A stretch of DNA of 63,989 nt, counting the filler, from Basidiobolus ranarum (lineage: Eukaryota): assembly GCA_040143965.1 (NCBI GenBank). It is 3 parts of 3 records of this genome, joined end to end, with 100 filler letters (N's around TTAATTAATTAA, not from the genome) between each part and the next. Parts side by side here need not be neighbours in the genome. Positions count along the whole stretch, not along the records: positions 1 to 22,055 come from JASJQH010007069.1; 2 more parts are not named here. One strand, 5' to 3'. The notes beneath the pieces are model-generated. The model saw only the letters and a list, made by a program, of their open reading frames with translations, searched no databases and was not told the origin of the DNA. Position 1 is the stretch's first letter. Each line of letters begins with the position of its first letter. Shown here piece after piece: positions 1 to 14,000 of this stretch. Both the position numbers and the translations under genes were made by a program.

Positions 1-968
1 ATCTTAATGAAAGAATAAAAAAATTAGAGACAATAAAAATGTCAGATGTTGAACCCAAATTCCCCGAGAAATTATCATTAATGCCTTACTATTGAGCAAG
101 GGAATCAGGCACATACGAAACTTCTGGAGACATTCAAGCTCAGATTGTGGAAGCGACGTAACAACATGGGAATGAATATCTAGACTCATTGCTTTGCTGT
201 CCATAATAGTGGCTCGTGCAACACAATATTTTACAGATGGTGTTGTTGTGAGAACAACGCTCAATAACTGATTGGACCGTAATGGGCCACAAATGGAGAA
301 CGTGATAACTAAATATCCGAATGATCCTAATATATCCATCGTCGCGTACCCTTCCATTCTTGAATACTCATCTGGACTGGATGAACCTGAAATTGCCAAA
401 AAAGTACATATGAGTAGATCTGTCTTCTCGTAAAAATTGTGCCGATCCCAGAAAGTACTAAACCTAGTGAATTAAGAATAAAGGAAGTTACAAAGAGCAT
501 GCTCCTTTTGCAAGCTCGTACACCGAGATAGTGTATATCCTTCTTGGCCAATGCAACCATTGCTCACGCCATCCAAATGTGGAGGCCTAGAATGCTCTTT
601 GGACACACTCCTACACTCGCATTCATCGCGTTCTTTGGATTAATTTGTTTCATTTCTGTAGTTAGAAGTGGAGATAGATTGAGTCCTCAATCGAATGTGC
701 AAGGGATTCAATGTACTATAGGGAGCATGTAAGTTGTTCTATGGCTTTATTGATATTCCAGGTTCATCTGGCAGGTTGCTCTACTGGAAGTCTAGATAAA
801 ATCTCACTGCACATAATTCTTACATTTTGAGGGATATCAAAGTTTCCTTTTTGGATTGATTTCATAGCAACCATCCAGATGATTGATTGCCCTTATTACT
901 CTAAAGGAGATGATCCAATTTCAACAAACATATACAAGATTAGGGGTTGTAATGAAGTATAAACGCTT

Positions 969-1598
969 TCAAATATCTGCTGCGGACGTTGATGGCTTCA
1001 GCAGAGTGCGTCTTGTCGGAATTCTTATTCCTTGCCTCACAAAGCATTTTGTGAGCTCTGTAGGCTCACATCCTCCAGGGAAATCCTTCGCTAGATATAC
1101 ATTAAATGGCTTGGAGAAAACCTGAGCTTCAATCAAAGAAGGCCCGCTGAATGAACTCTGATTCAGGTTGAAAAACGAAAAGCGTAAGGTAAATCGCCCT
1201 TCAGTTCGAATTGAAAGATCTGGGAAAACGAAGTATACTCCGGGTTCTCCTACAGTATTTAATAGATTATATGCGGAGGATGTTAGAGATCCTAGTAAGT
1301 TGCGCGCATATCGGGGTGCATTAAGGGCTACCACAGTAGTTCGTGGCAATGTGGTAGCAGAAGGGATGGAAGAGGGATGGACAACTAGATCTCGATTTTC
1401 TAAACTGTCTTCGGACCACAAGTCAACATGAGCCAACAAAAACGATATATCCACGAGGTTCTTTATAACCTTTCCTTCCTCATCGAACCCACTTACTTTC
1501 ACTATCGGTGGAGGATCTAGAGACCTCCTCTTATCACCAAATCCACTCATATGGGCTTGTGTCGGTTGTTGAACCACCTCAAGTAAGTATTGGATCAT
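969..1598 (-). CDS. Velvet-domain transcription regulator (VelB/VosA-like), single exon
   Basis: Motifs YLLEVVQQP..HMSGFGDKRRSLDPPPIV, RNLLGSLTSSAY, FVFPDLSIRTEGRFTLRFSF and SKPFNVYLAKDFPG..EPTELTKCFVRQGIRIPTR are typical of the velvet domain. Likely start is the ATG at 1598, not the ORF-track TTG at 1778. Confidence 0.9.
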   Translation of the reverse strand: MIQYLLEVVQQPTQAHMSGFGDKRRSLDPPPIVKVSGFDEEGKVIKNLVDISFLLAHVDLWSEDSLENRDLVVHPSSIPSATTLPRTTVVALNAPRYARNLLGSLTSSAYNLLNTVGEPGVYFVFPDLSIRTEGRFTLRFSFFNLNQSSFSGPSLIEAQVFSKPFNVYLAKDFPGGCEPTELTKCFVRQGIRIPTRRTLLKPSTSAADI

Positions 1599-2997
1599 CA
1601 ACGACAAAACTAAATCTACTGGGGAAAGTTTCACAGCACTATAGATCAAATTGTACGGAGTGAGAGAGGCAAGGTAGGGCAAGGAGATAAAAGTCCTTAA
1701 ATATAGGAAAACGGTGTACCAATAACAAAGCAGGAGGATGAAAATAATGTGCAAGCACCTCCAAGCCTTATATACCAAAACTAATCACTACCATTTCTGT
1801 ATTTACTGAGTACAAAATATTGCCTATTTACCCTGCTGGAACATTGGATTTGTAAACGGCTGGATGTTGAATCAAATGTTCTTTTTTGTCAAAGAAAAAT
1901 AAAGATTATTCTTAGAAAACAAACAAGACGTAGTTGTTTCCGACGTTCAGGGCACTCAGTGCATTCCAGAATAGAGTTCTAAAATCTAGAATCTGGACTG
2001 AAGATTGACTTTTACGCATACTGTGGACAAGGCAGTCCAACCACTACTACCATCCTCCCCGCCTAACAGACCCCGTGTTCCTGAATTACAATTTGGTCAT
2101 AGAGATACGATAACCCAATTTAAACTACAAAACTACATATTCCATTACCATAAAACCTACTTGGAAGCTGGTGCAACTATATTTGTCATCTCCGGCTAGA
2201 TTGTAACAATAGAAGCGCCTCTTGAACCAAATGGATAAAGCACATGATCAAGGAACTAATTAATTGAACCCAGATGGAATATGACATACCTAATCATGAT
2301 GAGTACCAAGTAATATTAGTGTTCTTATTGGCTTAGTCTCGGTGATTCGCTCGTACAAACCAGTTTCCATAATCTTTTTTTCGCAAACACTATCCAATTT
2401 ATGTTTAATGATATTAAGTATTAACTGTATCGAAGGTTATTAACTAAACATTACATGCATCAAATTCTGGCCAGAAAAACCTAATAAGCATTAAATCGTG
2501 ACTCTATTCTAGTATATCTTGATTTCATGTTTTGTCAATGCTGCAAATATCAGTTTGCCCTTGTTAATTATATATCGAATTTCTACGTGCAGATATTTAA
2601 TCTTACGTTAATTTAGTTTTCTGCATTCAAAACCTTGATTTTCGTACTAAAGTGGCTCGCCATAATCTCAAAAGCTATGTCAATGATTCGTCATTCTTAT
2701 CTACTAATCATTTCTTAACTCCTTTTCCAATCAAATAATTCACCTGTTTCTCTTGAGTTGGGCCATGTATCGGTTTTTCAAGTGCTATTTTCTGTTCCAG
2801 CTCATTTAGTACGACCCTAGCGAATTAACTGTCCATATTTCCCCCAATACCTTCGTAACCAGACAACTATAGACAGCGTATAGTAGTTTGTACCTTTGAC
2901 TACTATTATTAGCAACATATTGAACTTCATCCAAGTAACCATTTCAATTCTCCCTATTCTGGACTCTGTAAAACTCCTTTGTTATTAGCAGTATAAT

Positions 2998-3906
2998 ATG
3001 AGTTCTATTACTTCTGAAGTTGTAGAGAAACAAGATCCTATTCCGCAAATAAATACAGACGATATCACCAAAAATAATGGACAGTCAACTGACAATAATC
3101 AAATGGAAATACTTACTGAGGATGACCAGGAAATGGTGACAGTCTTCTCAGACCCAGTCAATTTCAATGTTAAGCACCCTCTAAACAACGCATGGACTCT
3201 TTGGTATGATAACCCTGGCAAAAAAACAAGCCAATCTAGCTGGTCCCAAAATCTTAAAGAGGTGGTTACTTTCAGTACAGTTGAAGATTTTTGGGGGTGA
3301 GTAACTATGTGTTTGTGTCTTTTCTCTATTTGTTTCTTATTTGATATCTTTAGAACTTATAATAACGTTGTGAGAGTTAACGATTTAACACCTGGCTCCA
3401 ACTATCACCTATTTAAGGAAGGTATCAAGCCAATGTGGGAAGATGCCGCTAATGAACAAGGTGGCAAATGGGTAATACAGTTTCCTAAAAAAACTGGCGA
3501 GGAAATCAACAATCTCTGGTTATATGCAGTATGTATTACTTCTGAGCAATTTTATCGATGTAAATTAGATATATAGCTTATTGTCATATCCTTTGATAGA
3601 TCTTATGTTGTATCGGGGAGACATTTTTATACGAGAACCAAATTTCTGGTGCTGTAGCCTCTGTTCGTAAAGGTTTCTACAGACTTTCTCTTTGGACACG
3701 AACATCAGATAGCAAAGAAGTTTGCGAAACTATAGGGTATGCTAAAGTTTACTCATATATACATTAGTTCGATATTCATAATTCTCATTTTTAGCTTACA
3801 CTTGAAAGAGGCACTAGGCCTTTCATCCAATCAACATATGGAGTTCCAATCTCACGCAGATGCCGCTCAAGGGGCATCTTTCAACAAAGAACGTTATGTT
3901 GTATAA
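2998..3906 (+). CDS. TIF45: Translation initiation factor eIF4E (class I), 4 exons
   Basis: [66 protein letters not shown] introns near 3297-3353, 3529-3599 and 3737-3794; stop TAA 3904-3906. Confidence 0.93.
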
Positions 3907-4687
3907 ATTGTTTATAGCTTTGAAAGTAACCAAAAAACTGAAAGTCCCTCTCTTTAGAAGGGAAAATATCTCAGTTTCTTACAATATCTTATTTATGATA
4001 TGAACTTTACGAATATCATAATCTATTCTTTTCTATCGTTTCATATACCCCAAATTTTAATCTCATTTTCAGCCTTTGTTATCCCACTATTTTAAAAGAT
4101 ATCACTTGGAGTGATAGCGAAAGTCCCAACAGGAATTTAGTCTTGGATTAGATCCTTGTTATTACCACAGAATACACCTTTAACGGTTGTATTGTTAAAC
4201 AGATTCAAGCTTACATATCGGCTCAAAGAACTTGTCTTGTATTATGCTGATTACGCTAACAAAAAATAGACATTTTTTGGATTGCAAACCTAGCCTTTGA
4301 AATTTATTTTCTTTGGAAAGAAGCGTAGATGCATATACAGATTGAGATGGTAGGTGAGTGGTCCTAGAACTTGCTCCACAAAAGGTATCCATCAATGAAC
4401 AAAAGATAAAGCATATATGCTTATATTAATGCCTACCATTTGTTTTTATAATCGAGCATTCATTTTGGGTTTGAAAAATTTACTCCAAATAAATAGCTTA
4501 TGACGTTGCTAATTGCATGATTTTTAATAATCTAAATAATATGGAGTGATCAAGTCATCTATTTGAGCAAATAGTATCTTGGCTGATCGAAATTGAAAAT
4601 CAGTGACTTCAGATTGTATGCGCTTACAATCAACATTTAGTATTTTAATGAACTTGAGCACCGGTTTTGTAGAGTACGGCGTTTAAT

Positions 4688-7523
4688 ATGTTCTATTCCA
4701 AAGATATTCTTACCAAGAAGAAAGGTGGCTTTGGCATAATATGGTTAGTGGAATGCATTGCTTTTTTAAATTTTTCAAATCTAATGGGGGTTTCTTAGGC
4801 TTGCTGCTACACTAGGTGCCAAATCTCATGTCAAAAAATTATCTAAGAAAGATGTTAAAAGCGTAAATGTGATTCAAGCATGGTACAGTGTTCAAATTTA
4901 ATCCTTATAACGATATAAATCTGACCTAAAAAATTGCTAGTGGATTTTTGGCTTCACCACCTGAACCACTTGCTCTCCGATTAAGCTCTAATTTAATGGT
5001 GGGAATTTCTCGGGTCTACAATCAGCAATACGATATGTATTATAGTACGATTTATGCAGATAGTTCTATCATTATCATCTTATTGCCTATTAATGATTCC
5101 TTTGATAGCTGAGGTGAATAATTTGTGGCAAAATATTAGGAACCACCTGATGGCATTAGAGTCGGAAAATGTAACAATGGCGGTTCCTGAAGCACGGTCT
5201 GTATAGGTTAGAATAGAGAAACTAAATATCCATAGTATACTAAGTTTCTATATACATAGCTTTGAAGCCATTACGCTGAGTGAAGATTTTGAACTCTCGG
5301 GCCTTACTCTTGCCGCCGAAGATGTACTCTTTTGTTTTATAAATTAATCATTTATAGATTATTTATATTTATCAAATTACAGTTATATGCAGCAGATTTT
5401 GGATGGATTATGACCTTGGAATCCCGAAGGGGTTTAGTCCAAGCAGCCGAGGGTTCAGGTTGGTTACTAATAGAGTAATAACTGTGAGGTCTTGTACTAA
5501 CTTATTTTGGTTTAAGAAATTTTACCTTCTGCTAGTAGTGCTTTAATAACCGTTCCAGAAACCCCATTTGAGGGGGAGTTCTCTATAGCTGATATTGGAC
5601 CTGGAATGCTTTCTGAGGATATACTTGGTGCTGAAGAAGTGTAAGCGTAATTTGTTGGATCATTATCTGAAATGTTCAATATTTAATTATTTTTCAGACC
5701 TGGTCTAGTGTTTGATTTCGAAGGAAATTTGACTATAGCAGAGGGCGCTGAAGTACCACAAATGCAAGGGTTTACTTTTGATGAAGGCGAACTAATGGCA
5801 AGAGTTCAAGAGGAGCATGAACTTAGGGCTGGTGTTCAAATCCCCCCTCAGCGTCAGGTATATAATTCTTGTATAGGGTGATTAGTTTTTTCAGATTTTT
5901 TATTGAGAGTATATCGTTGACTGTAGGCTCAATTATTGGAAAGATACGGAGTACCTTTAGAAACAATAACTGAACTGACTCGAGGGCCTTCTGAAATTGA
6001 GGGGGATTCTATGTTAGCAGGAGTTTTTCAAGAACCTGGTCAACTTAGACGAGAGCGCCGTGGCTCTCGGTTTGTGCTCCGTGATCAATATACAGAGTTA
6101 GCTGAAGGAGAGGTTGGCTGGCGCGAGCAAATGCGACAAGATATTGAGCAAGCCGCAACTGAAACTAGATTAAAGGTATATATCATTTAGAAATATTTAC
6201 AATCTAAATAGATCTAAAATTGATTGCAATTTAGTCATTAAGACGACGCAATAAAACCGAGGCAATCAGGCTTCTCAATGAGCCAAGTATCAAAAGTAAG
6301 CTGACATTAGTAAATCAGTCAATGAATTCGATAAACTCTAACCATATATTAGATTACGCAGACGAAATCCAAGATATGTGGGTTGACTCTGTTACAAAAA
6401 AAAAGAGATTAGGCACTAGTGGTAAGAGATAATAGTATAACCTCGTGCATGTCTTCAATCTGACAAAACATCAACAATAGTTGTAAGTGAACACAAAAAA
6501 AGACAAAGAGCTGGTGAAGAAATAGTTACCAGGGCTGAAAGCCGACAAATACCATTCGCAGAGATTGAAGTTAGTAGTATTGGATCACGAGGCGAGATGG
6601 AGGTATATCTTGGATATTTTTCCCAGTTAGGAATAATCTAACAAATTTGGAATCTAGATGGAATATGGAGAACCAGAAGTCTTAAGAGCATTACCTTCCG
6701 ACAGAGAAAGTATTGAAATGGCTAGACACGTTATGCCATGGAATATTGGATATGATACTAGTTTCCGAAGACCGAGCAGTATTGAAACTGGTACTGTTTA
6801 TATAAAACTCATTTGCCTTTCTTTATACTAAACAACATGGAATATTTCATAGAAAGTACTGGTGTTCCTTCATTAAGTGAGCGAGAATTTGCTCCTGAAA
6901 CTCCATGGGGTAGAAGGTACACAATAAGTCTACTTGAATACTCTATATGCTTATTTTTACAATTGTTACCTTTAGACGCTCTAGTATAACGGCAGCATCC
7001 CCCATTGGAGTTACCACGCCCATAACGATGGAAGAATTCTCGCCTTTAGGACTTGCAGAAATTGGGTTTAGAGAAACTAGATTTGGTAAAACAGTCATCA
7101 TATTTTGAATCACTAAACAACCAGGATCTCAAAAGGAACTTTAGGTGAGACTGCCTACTCCACCATTCAAGAAGGCGAACCTACACCATTAATTGCTGAG
7201 GGTGAAACTGCAAGATTTATGGAGTATGTCAAATATCTCTATGAATAGCCATAGACTACACTTTGACACTTGTTTTTAGATATACAAAGTCTCTTATGAG
7301 ACAAGCAAATGTGTTTTCAATACACTTCAGCGATCTTATTCCGCCTCAATCTTCGAGAAGTACAGCATCGCAGGCTTTTTATCATATCTTAGGTATATAT
7401 GTACATTTTTTAATACCATACTATATCTTATTCAATCTCCATTTAGTTCTGGCTTCCAAAAACCTTGCCCAGGTGCATCAAGTTCAACCATATTCTGATA
7501 TAACTATAGAGTTCCCATCTTAG
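4688..7523 (+). CDS. rec8: Meiotic cohesin kleisin Rec8 (Rad21/Rec8 family), many short exons
   Basis: N-terminus MFYSKDILTKKKGGFGIIWLAATLGAKSHVKKLSKKDV..PEPLALRLSSNLMVGISRVY resembles fission-yeast Rec8. C-terminal winged helix RSTASQAFYHILVLASKNLAQVHQVQPYSDITI. Separase-like ExxR sites EPEVLR and SIEMAR. Confidence 0.88.
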
Positions 7524-9158
7524 TATGCTATATTATATTATATTTAAATCTAGCCCTTTGTCGCTTTTTTGATGACGCCACCAGTGGACCTAACTCATCC
7601 TTTTACATTGTTATATTAACTCTCGAAAATCATTGCTAAGAATATATATCGCTATATTGAATATAAATCAATATCAAATTTACATGTTCAAATTCGTTGG
7701 GTTACTGAAGTTTGGTTATAACTATATATAGAAAAATCAGCAGTCTTCATGTGCACCCCTACCATAGTAAATAATATTGTAAACACTGCGTTGACTCCAA
7801 CATGTTTGAAGCCGAAGGGATTAGCTCTACTATAATACCATCGAGATCAAGCTCTTACAATTCCTCTCTACTTGCAGACTAGTGATTTATGGGAAGGGTG
7901 CTGTTCAACCTACTCGTTTTACTTTTCTGGAGTTTTTGAAATCACTAGCAGCACAAGTCACTTTAAATATAGTGTGTTGTTGGGGGAGCGATCCCAGTAG
8001 ATTCAATAATAAGAATCATCATCACAATTCTCTTGCCTATTTTCTACTTGGCACAATTTCCAGGTAATCGAAAGGTTGATCAATTTCTAGAATTAATCAT
8101 TCAAAACATGCTATCAATAAAATGATCAAAAAACCCGTTGGACCAGAAACAACGGATGCGATGAGATTAGTTCATGAAGCACAGCTTCGTATCGTAACTA
8201 AATGGATTAATGAATTCATGGTCACTGCAAATTTAGCAGTTCTTGGAGCACCTGAAACTTTTATATCAGTAAATGCATAGGGTAAATCTACGAATAACTT
8301 ATCTATTACTCCTAGGAGATTACTCTTCTCCTTTTCGATAGGGAACGAGGTAATCATCGAAAGAAAATGTAAACAACACTCAAAGCTTGGCTGATTAACC
8401 AATTTCTTATAAAGAAAGATCATGACAACAAAGATTCTCGGTGCCATATTTCTAGAGGACACCATAATTAGCAAAGCACCGAATGAAACACACATCCATT
8501 GACGTGGCGTGTCTTATGAAGCTAAAAACAGAGGGAAGAAGAAACGTAAAGATAGAGCTAGTGGCTGAAGTAGATCACAATGGTATTCCAACTGACACCG
8601 TAGAGATAGAGGCTGCGTGCGAACCGCACGATCCAAGAGATAACATCAATTATTTCCTCTTTTATCATGTGATAAATAGCAATCATTCATCTATTTGTTG
8701 CAAATATTTCTACAATATCGATGGTACTTGCACCAAAAACGATTAACTCGGTCTGTTACCAGACTAAAGTGGCATCAAAACCTTATCGAATTTTGCCAAG
8801 TAATACGAGTGAAAATAATCATGCATGGCCTCAATCCAAACACACATAATCAGAGCATGCAGTTATGCTGAAGATAATGTAAACATTGGCACATGAACCA
8901 AAATTGGTTAGTAATTTGTGCAATAACACCACACCCAATTACTAATTTAGATTTCGGCTCCGAAGAATCTTTCTACAACGACAGGTGCCAAGTGATGTGT
9001 AGACCACAGATCATGGGGTACCCAATAAATTTACAGCATGATGATTTTTGTCAAATGGTCAGCATAATTAGCCAAGTATGGGTATCTCTGGTGGCGTATA
9101 AATGTATATCAGTAGCCTCCGGAACCTTATCTATCCTCACCCTTATACTTATACGCGT

Positions 9159-9758
9159 ATGATTGCCTCTTACAATACATCCGACATGCTAGTAAAGTCC
9201 GATTCAATGTCCACATCTACCTATCCTACTGTTTCTCTAGTTCAAGCTAGAAAAAAAGACGACCTCTCCCATGAATATATCCCCATCTCTAATACAGAAG
9301 TCATTTCCAAAGCCTATGTTCTTGACAACTTGCGAAAAATGGGGTCAATCTTATTCAATAACCCTGATTCGACGAACACTTGTCTTCACCTAAATGATGA
9401 GAGAGGGAATACCATGGAACTTTGGGTCCATGATTTCTACTTTCTACATGAGAGTTCCTTACTTTATCAACTCTTACACCAATTTTCGAAGCCTAATACC
9501 CCTGAAACTGAAAATTCAAATCCATACGAGCTTTCTATCACATCGCTGGAGGATAAAGAGAACCATCATGTTTATGTTACAGTGCCTTCGGTGAACGGAA
9601 TAGAGCATCTTCTTCGCTGGGTATACACCCGAGAGGACAACGAATGGCTCATGTCCATGAACGAAGAGAATTTCGAATCTATCATGGAGAACGTGGCGTT
9701 TCTTCGATTGAATCAAGAGGCCTACTATGTGATGGCATTATTTTATGAGAATTTATGA
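9159..9758 (+). CDS. Stand-alone BTB/POZ-like protein, paralog 1 (intronless)
   Basis: LFNNPDSTNTCL..WVHDFYF..SSLLYQLL..EHLLRWVYT..MENVAFLRL fits the BTB pattern. Clear similarity to 10406-11005 and 16736-17335. TATAAA at about 9096 supports the ATG at 9159. Confidence 0.7.
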   Translation: MIASYNTSDMLVKSDSMSTSTYPTVSLVQARKKDDLSHEYIPISNTEVISKAYVLDNLRKMGSILFNNPDSTNTCLHLNDERGNTMELWVHDFYFLHESSLLYQLLHQFSKPNTPETENSNPYELSITSLEDKENHHVYVTVPSVNGIEHLLRWVYTREDNEWLMSMNEENFESIMENVAFLRLNQEAYYVMALFYENL

Positions 9759-10405
9759 ATTCGACAGTTTCATGAATGATTTGTAAATTTAGTGGGCGTA
9801 AGTAAACCCGACATGTAAATAATATCTGACCATTCATAAATAAAATTGAACATCTAATTCGTATTGAACTGTTATACCGAACACCAAGATGCATACTTGA
9901 GCACTAAAATGGAACCACACTAATTGGTGGTCCATACACTCAATTCAAAATCATATGTAATACCTAATTTATATCCTTCATTTGCAATCAAACCCAAATT
10001 AAGCATGGTAGCACGATTCCGATCACTAAGTGTTGGCCATCTGACCAAGCTTCTAGGCTAACCGTAAGAGAGTGAAGGGTCTTTATTGCCATTGATTCGA
10101 TATTTGGTACTGCAGGTGTTAGGTACTAATCCCTGCTATGACTGTTAATCATTATGGTGATTCAACCTGGAAGGTACCAATGCCATCGGACAAATAAAAG
10201 AGAGGCGTTTTATTAAGAAACATTCACATTATGGTAAAGTCGCTACGGCAGTTGATTACGTTCCCGGGAACTCTATTCGATCCATAATGTGAATATGGAG
10301 AAATACAGGAGCAATTAAATATACTGCTGCTAATTAAACAATCTATGTACATATCTTTCTTTCTGCTCTTTATACAATGTCGAATATTCTGAAGACATCT
10401 TGCTG

Positions 10406-11005
10406 TTAGATGTTTTCGTAGAATTCGGCCATCACATAATATGCATCTTGGCTTAGACGGAGAAACGCCACGTTTTGCATGACTGAATCGAAATTACATT
10501 CACTCATTGTTAGCAACCATCTTTCATCGTCGTGGGTGTATATCCATCGGAGAAGTTCTTCGAACCCATCTACTCACGGAACCGAGAGGTGAATATGCCA
10601 TTTCCCGTTACAATCAGCTGTGGTTTTTTCATTTTTAGGATTGAAATATTCGAGATCTTCTAGCAAATGAGTGTTCAAATGAGGGCTTCTGTGAAGCGCT
10701 CTGAACAACACCGGACTATCACGAACAAAGTAGAAGTCATGAACCCAAAAGGTGGCCGTCTCACCATGTTCGTCATTGATATGAAGGCAAGTGTTGGTGG
10801 AATAAGGATTATTAAATAACACTTGCCCCATTCCATGTAGATTGTGGAGTACATTTATCTTGGTCACTATTTCAGTCTCTGATATGCGAATGTACTCTTC
10901 AGTTGCTTTGTCAATGACTTGAGTTTTACCCATAGCTGCTCCAGAATTGGCTGCAATGGTATAATCCTGAGAAGGAATTCCATCAAGAAAGTGAGTTGCA
11001 AGCAT
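10406..11005 (-). pseudogene. BTB/POZ-like paralog 2 with a single in-frame TGA at 10574-10576
   Basis: Reads HIHLSVP*VDGFEELLRWIYTHDDERWLLTMSECNFDSVMQNVAFLRLSQDAYYVMAEFYENI*. The frame continues colinear with the paralogs after the TGA, where they have Ser. Confidence 0.75.
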
Positions 11006-14000
11006 AGTTCTTGATTGACTGGCAATGAACTAGTGATGAGTATTTAATTGATATTTAAAGGAGTGATAAGTGTAGAATAATGGTGAGCCAAGAGTTTTTA
11101 TAAGAACTTAATCTACTTTAGGGGGAATGATCGTTAACAACGGGTGAGAAATGATAGACGTTATGAAGTTGCTTTCTTGGAGCTTAAACTGGCTTTACTA
11201 TTTACCCATCACCAATGAGTCATTCAATGGATAAACCATCAAGCTCACCCAGAACGGAAAAGCTTAAAATCCGAGTAAGTCCTTTCTATGATTCTTTGTT
11301 CAATCCACTGGTATATAATTGAAGATACATTCTCACTTCAATTAAGTATACTTACCGATACCTCATCAGATTGATTTGGATATTTCTCGGCTTTTTCTTC
11401 GAATAATGATCCCATTATCCGTGCAAATAGGCTTGAAAGCACCCGAGGCAGAGCACATTCAAAATCATACCAAATATGATCCTAACTACATATAGCATTA
11501 TCCCAGCTCCCTACTGCCCAAACGCTTACTCACTTTTACCGGCATTATGACGGCTTAGACATGGACATGTATGTATGCGAGAGGATCATTTCTTTGCCAC
11601 AAGTCTCCATTAAAGATTTCTCTCTCTAGGATTGACGAAATTCAAGTAGCAAGCAAACGCACTCAGGATAAAATCCAGCCTAAATTCCATAGGTATAGAT
11701 GACAGGAAAAGAGATCCACCATAGCTGTGGATGATACACAGTCCGTTTTAGATTCGATGGTTCTCGAGTCTTAGTAGAGATGTTTATTGAATTGTTCAAG
11801 ATATGACATATGAAACTGGCTTACCATAGTTCAGGATTGGCATATCCAATAGCATGTCTCTCTAGTGCCCACGGTGAAAAGGAATTGGAAGTTTGGATAG
11901 CTGATCATGCGCTCCTGTAATACACGCTTGAAGATATCTCCGTTTGGTTGTTATCAAGACATAACAAGCTTCATATTCCCCAGATTTAGTCATCCAAAAG
12001 CAGTATTAATTACTTGTGATTGTGGATGTCGATGGTTCACCCCTGTTTCTTGAGAGTATGTTCAAGTTCATTGTTCATTTGATTTAAGAATGAAAAGCGT
12101 AAATTACATTCATCTATTTCCTTATTCTATCTCCTCTTTTCTGGATTCCGGATAATATTTTTGGAATGTAGTTAAATCAAGTAAAACTAAGGTCATGCAT
12201 CCAGGATAGTTATATTCATTGCCAAATATTTCAACCATAGATACAAGTTACGCAGGGCTGCAACTACAGCCGTAACTGACATAGCCACCAAGATTACTTT
12301 GCATAGTAAGTGGCACATTCACAGCATCGTAGGGTATTCCTTGGCCCAACATGGCTAGTTGTTTAATAAAAGGTCAGTGATAAATAGCATAAAAGGTATA
12401 CGAGGGTGTTTAGATTGGTTCCTTGTATCAAGAGAGCCTCTTTTAGACCTTCGGCAGTGATATCCGAATGAGTATAAACTTGTCCGCGGATATTAAAGGA
12501 CAGAATACCGTTCAATACCTGTCTAAGGTAATCTTGGTGATTTGGAACATTTCTGCTAATCTAATATTGATTTAGATTTGTCAACTGCTCCAAAAATTTC
12601 CGGTTCTAACTTTTACCGTAGTGAATTATCAAATAATTATCTAGAAATCCTAGAGTGTTTTAATCGATTCTCGGTTTACAGGATATACCACGAGTATTGG
12701 GTGAAGAAATAGATCCGTTGAAAAGTGGGTTCCTGTCTGAGGAATATCTTTATATGTATATGCTAGGCTCCGTCGTGGCCTGCATGCAAAATGGGATACC
12801 CTATAGCTGGCCTACATTTGCTTCATTAACCACCATTCCTTCTCTACTAAGTCTGTACATCAATTTAAGAAGATATGGGATGATATGTAACTATATCGTA
12901 CTAAACAAACTCATCTAAATGGTTAGCATGCCAGCAGAGTCAGGTGAACCCGTAACAAATTACTAACCTGAATAGTATGTTAAACTTGGATAAATTTTAT
13001 CCATTTGGCAACGTGGGAGGGTAAATTACTTACCGGTGCTATTCCCAAACAGCACGTATTCTCAGCCTTTTTAGACTGTGCCATGGGAGTTAAGGTAATA
13101 ATTGGGTAATTTTTGATGGACGCCCACAACAACTACATGGATGTTAGAATTTAGTAAAAACAATTCCGATTTCATTCAATCTATGTGACGTACCCATCAG
13201 GTGTTTGTAGGTTTTGATGAGAACATAAATCTACCTGGTCAATATTATTGGGTTGTTTAGGCCAATCAACGATCTCACATGTCTGGGTATAAAGTTCTTC
13301 ATTGAAGAGAAAGCTTACTATTCTTATCGGACATTCACTGACCATAGATGTAACTCATTGGGAAATAGTCTGCTCGAGTATGAACGCAGATTTATCTAGG
13401 TAAAAATCGTGAATGAATTCTTGGAGTATCTGAAAAGGACTGAATCCTGAATCCCCAATATTTTAGTAAAGTCTCGATAATTATGAAATTTCCTCACAAT
13501 CACTCTAAGAAGTGAAAATCATAATTTATTTCTCATCGGTGCCGCGATAGTACTTCCTGATGTCAGAAGGAATAATATAATCTTTCTCACTTAAATAGTC
13601 CAAAAATTACTAGTATTAACCGTTGTTGCATACTCACCATCTAAACCTAAATTTCGGAGACTTACATAACTAAAAGCGGTTCCAAAGACAGTAGACTGAC
13701 TTTGGTTATGTCTGAGAGAAAAACTTAAACATTCACTTCGTAAGTGCTTACAAAACAAAGCAATAACAAACCGAAATCATAGGGGTGTTATCTTGGAGAA
13801 ATATGGCGTCATTCTATTTATTTCAACTGAATAACAAAAGTTGGTACGATATGGACCTAACTACAGTGCCTTACTTACAATAGGTCAACAAATTCAGCAA
13901 TTATCGCATGCTCTTGGGCCTAGCTTTACCCTGTTCTTCAGTCTCTGGATACACTCAAGTCTTAGCACCATTACAGTTCTCCTAAAGCCTTCAACAACTT

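Noticed and set aside
4-560. Minus-strand ORFs 4-399 and 327-560
   Set aside because: Some intron-like signals, but no recognisable protein or consistent gene model at the window edge.
8100-8746. Short ORFs, possible decayed element
   Set aside because: No recognisable domain or termini.
12400-13450. Stretch with intron-like GT..AG signals and short open frames (possible decayed gene)
   Set aside because: Could not assemble a coherent or recognisable protein.
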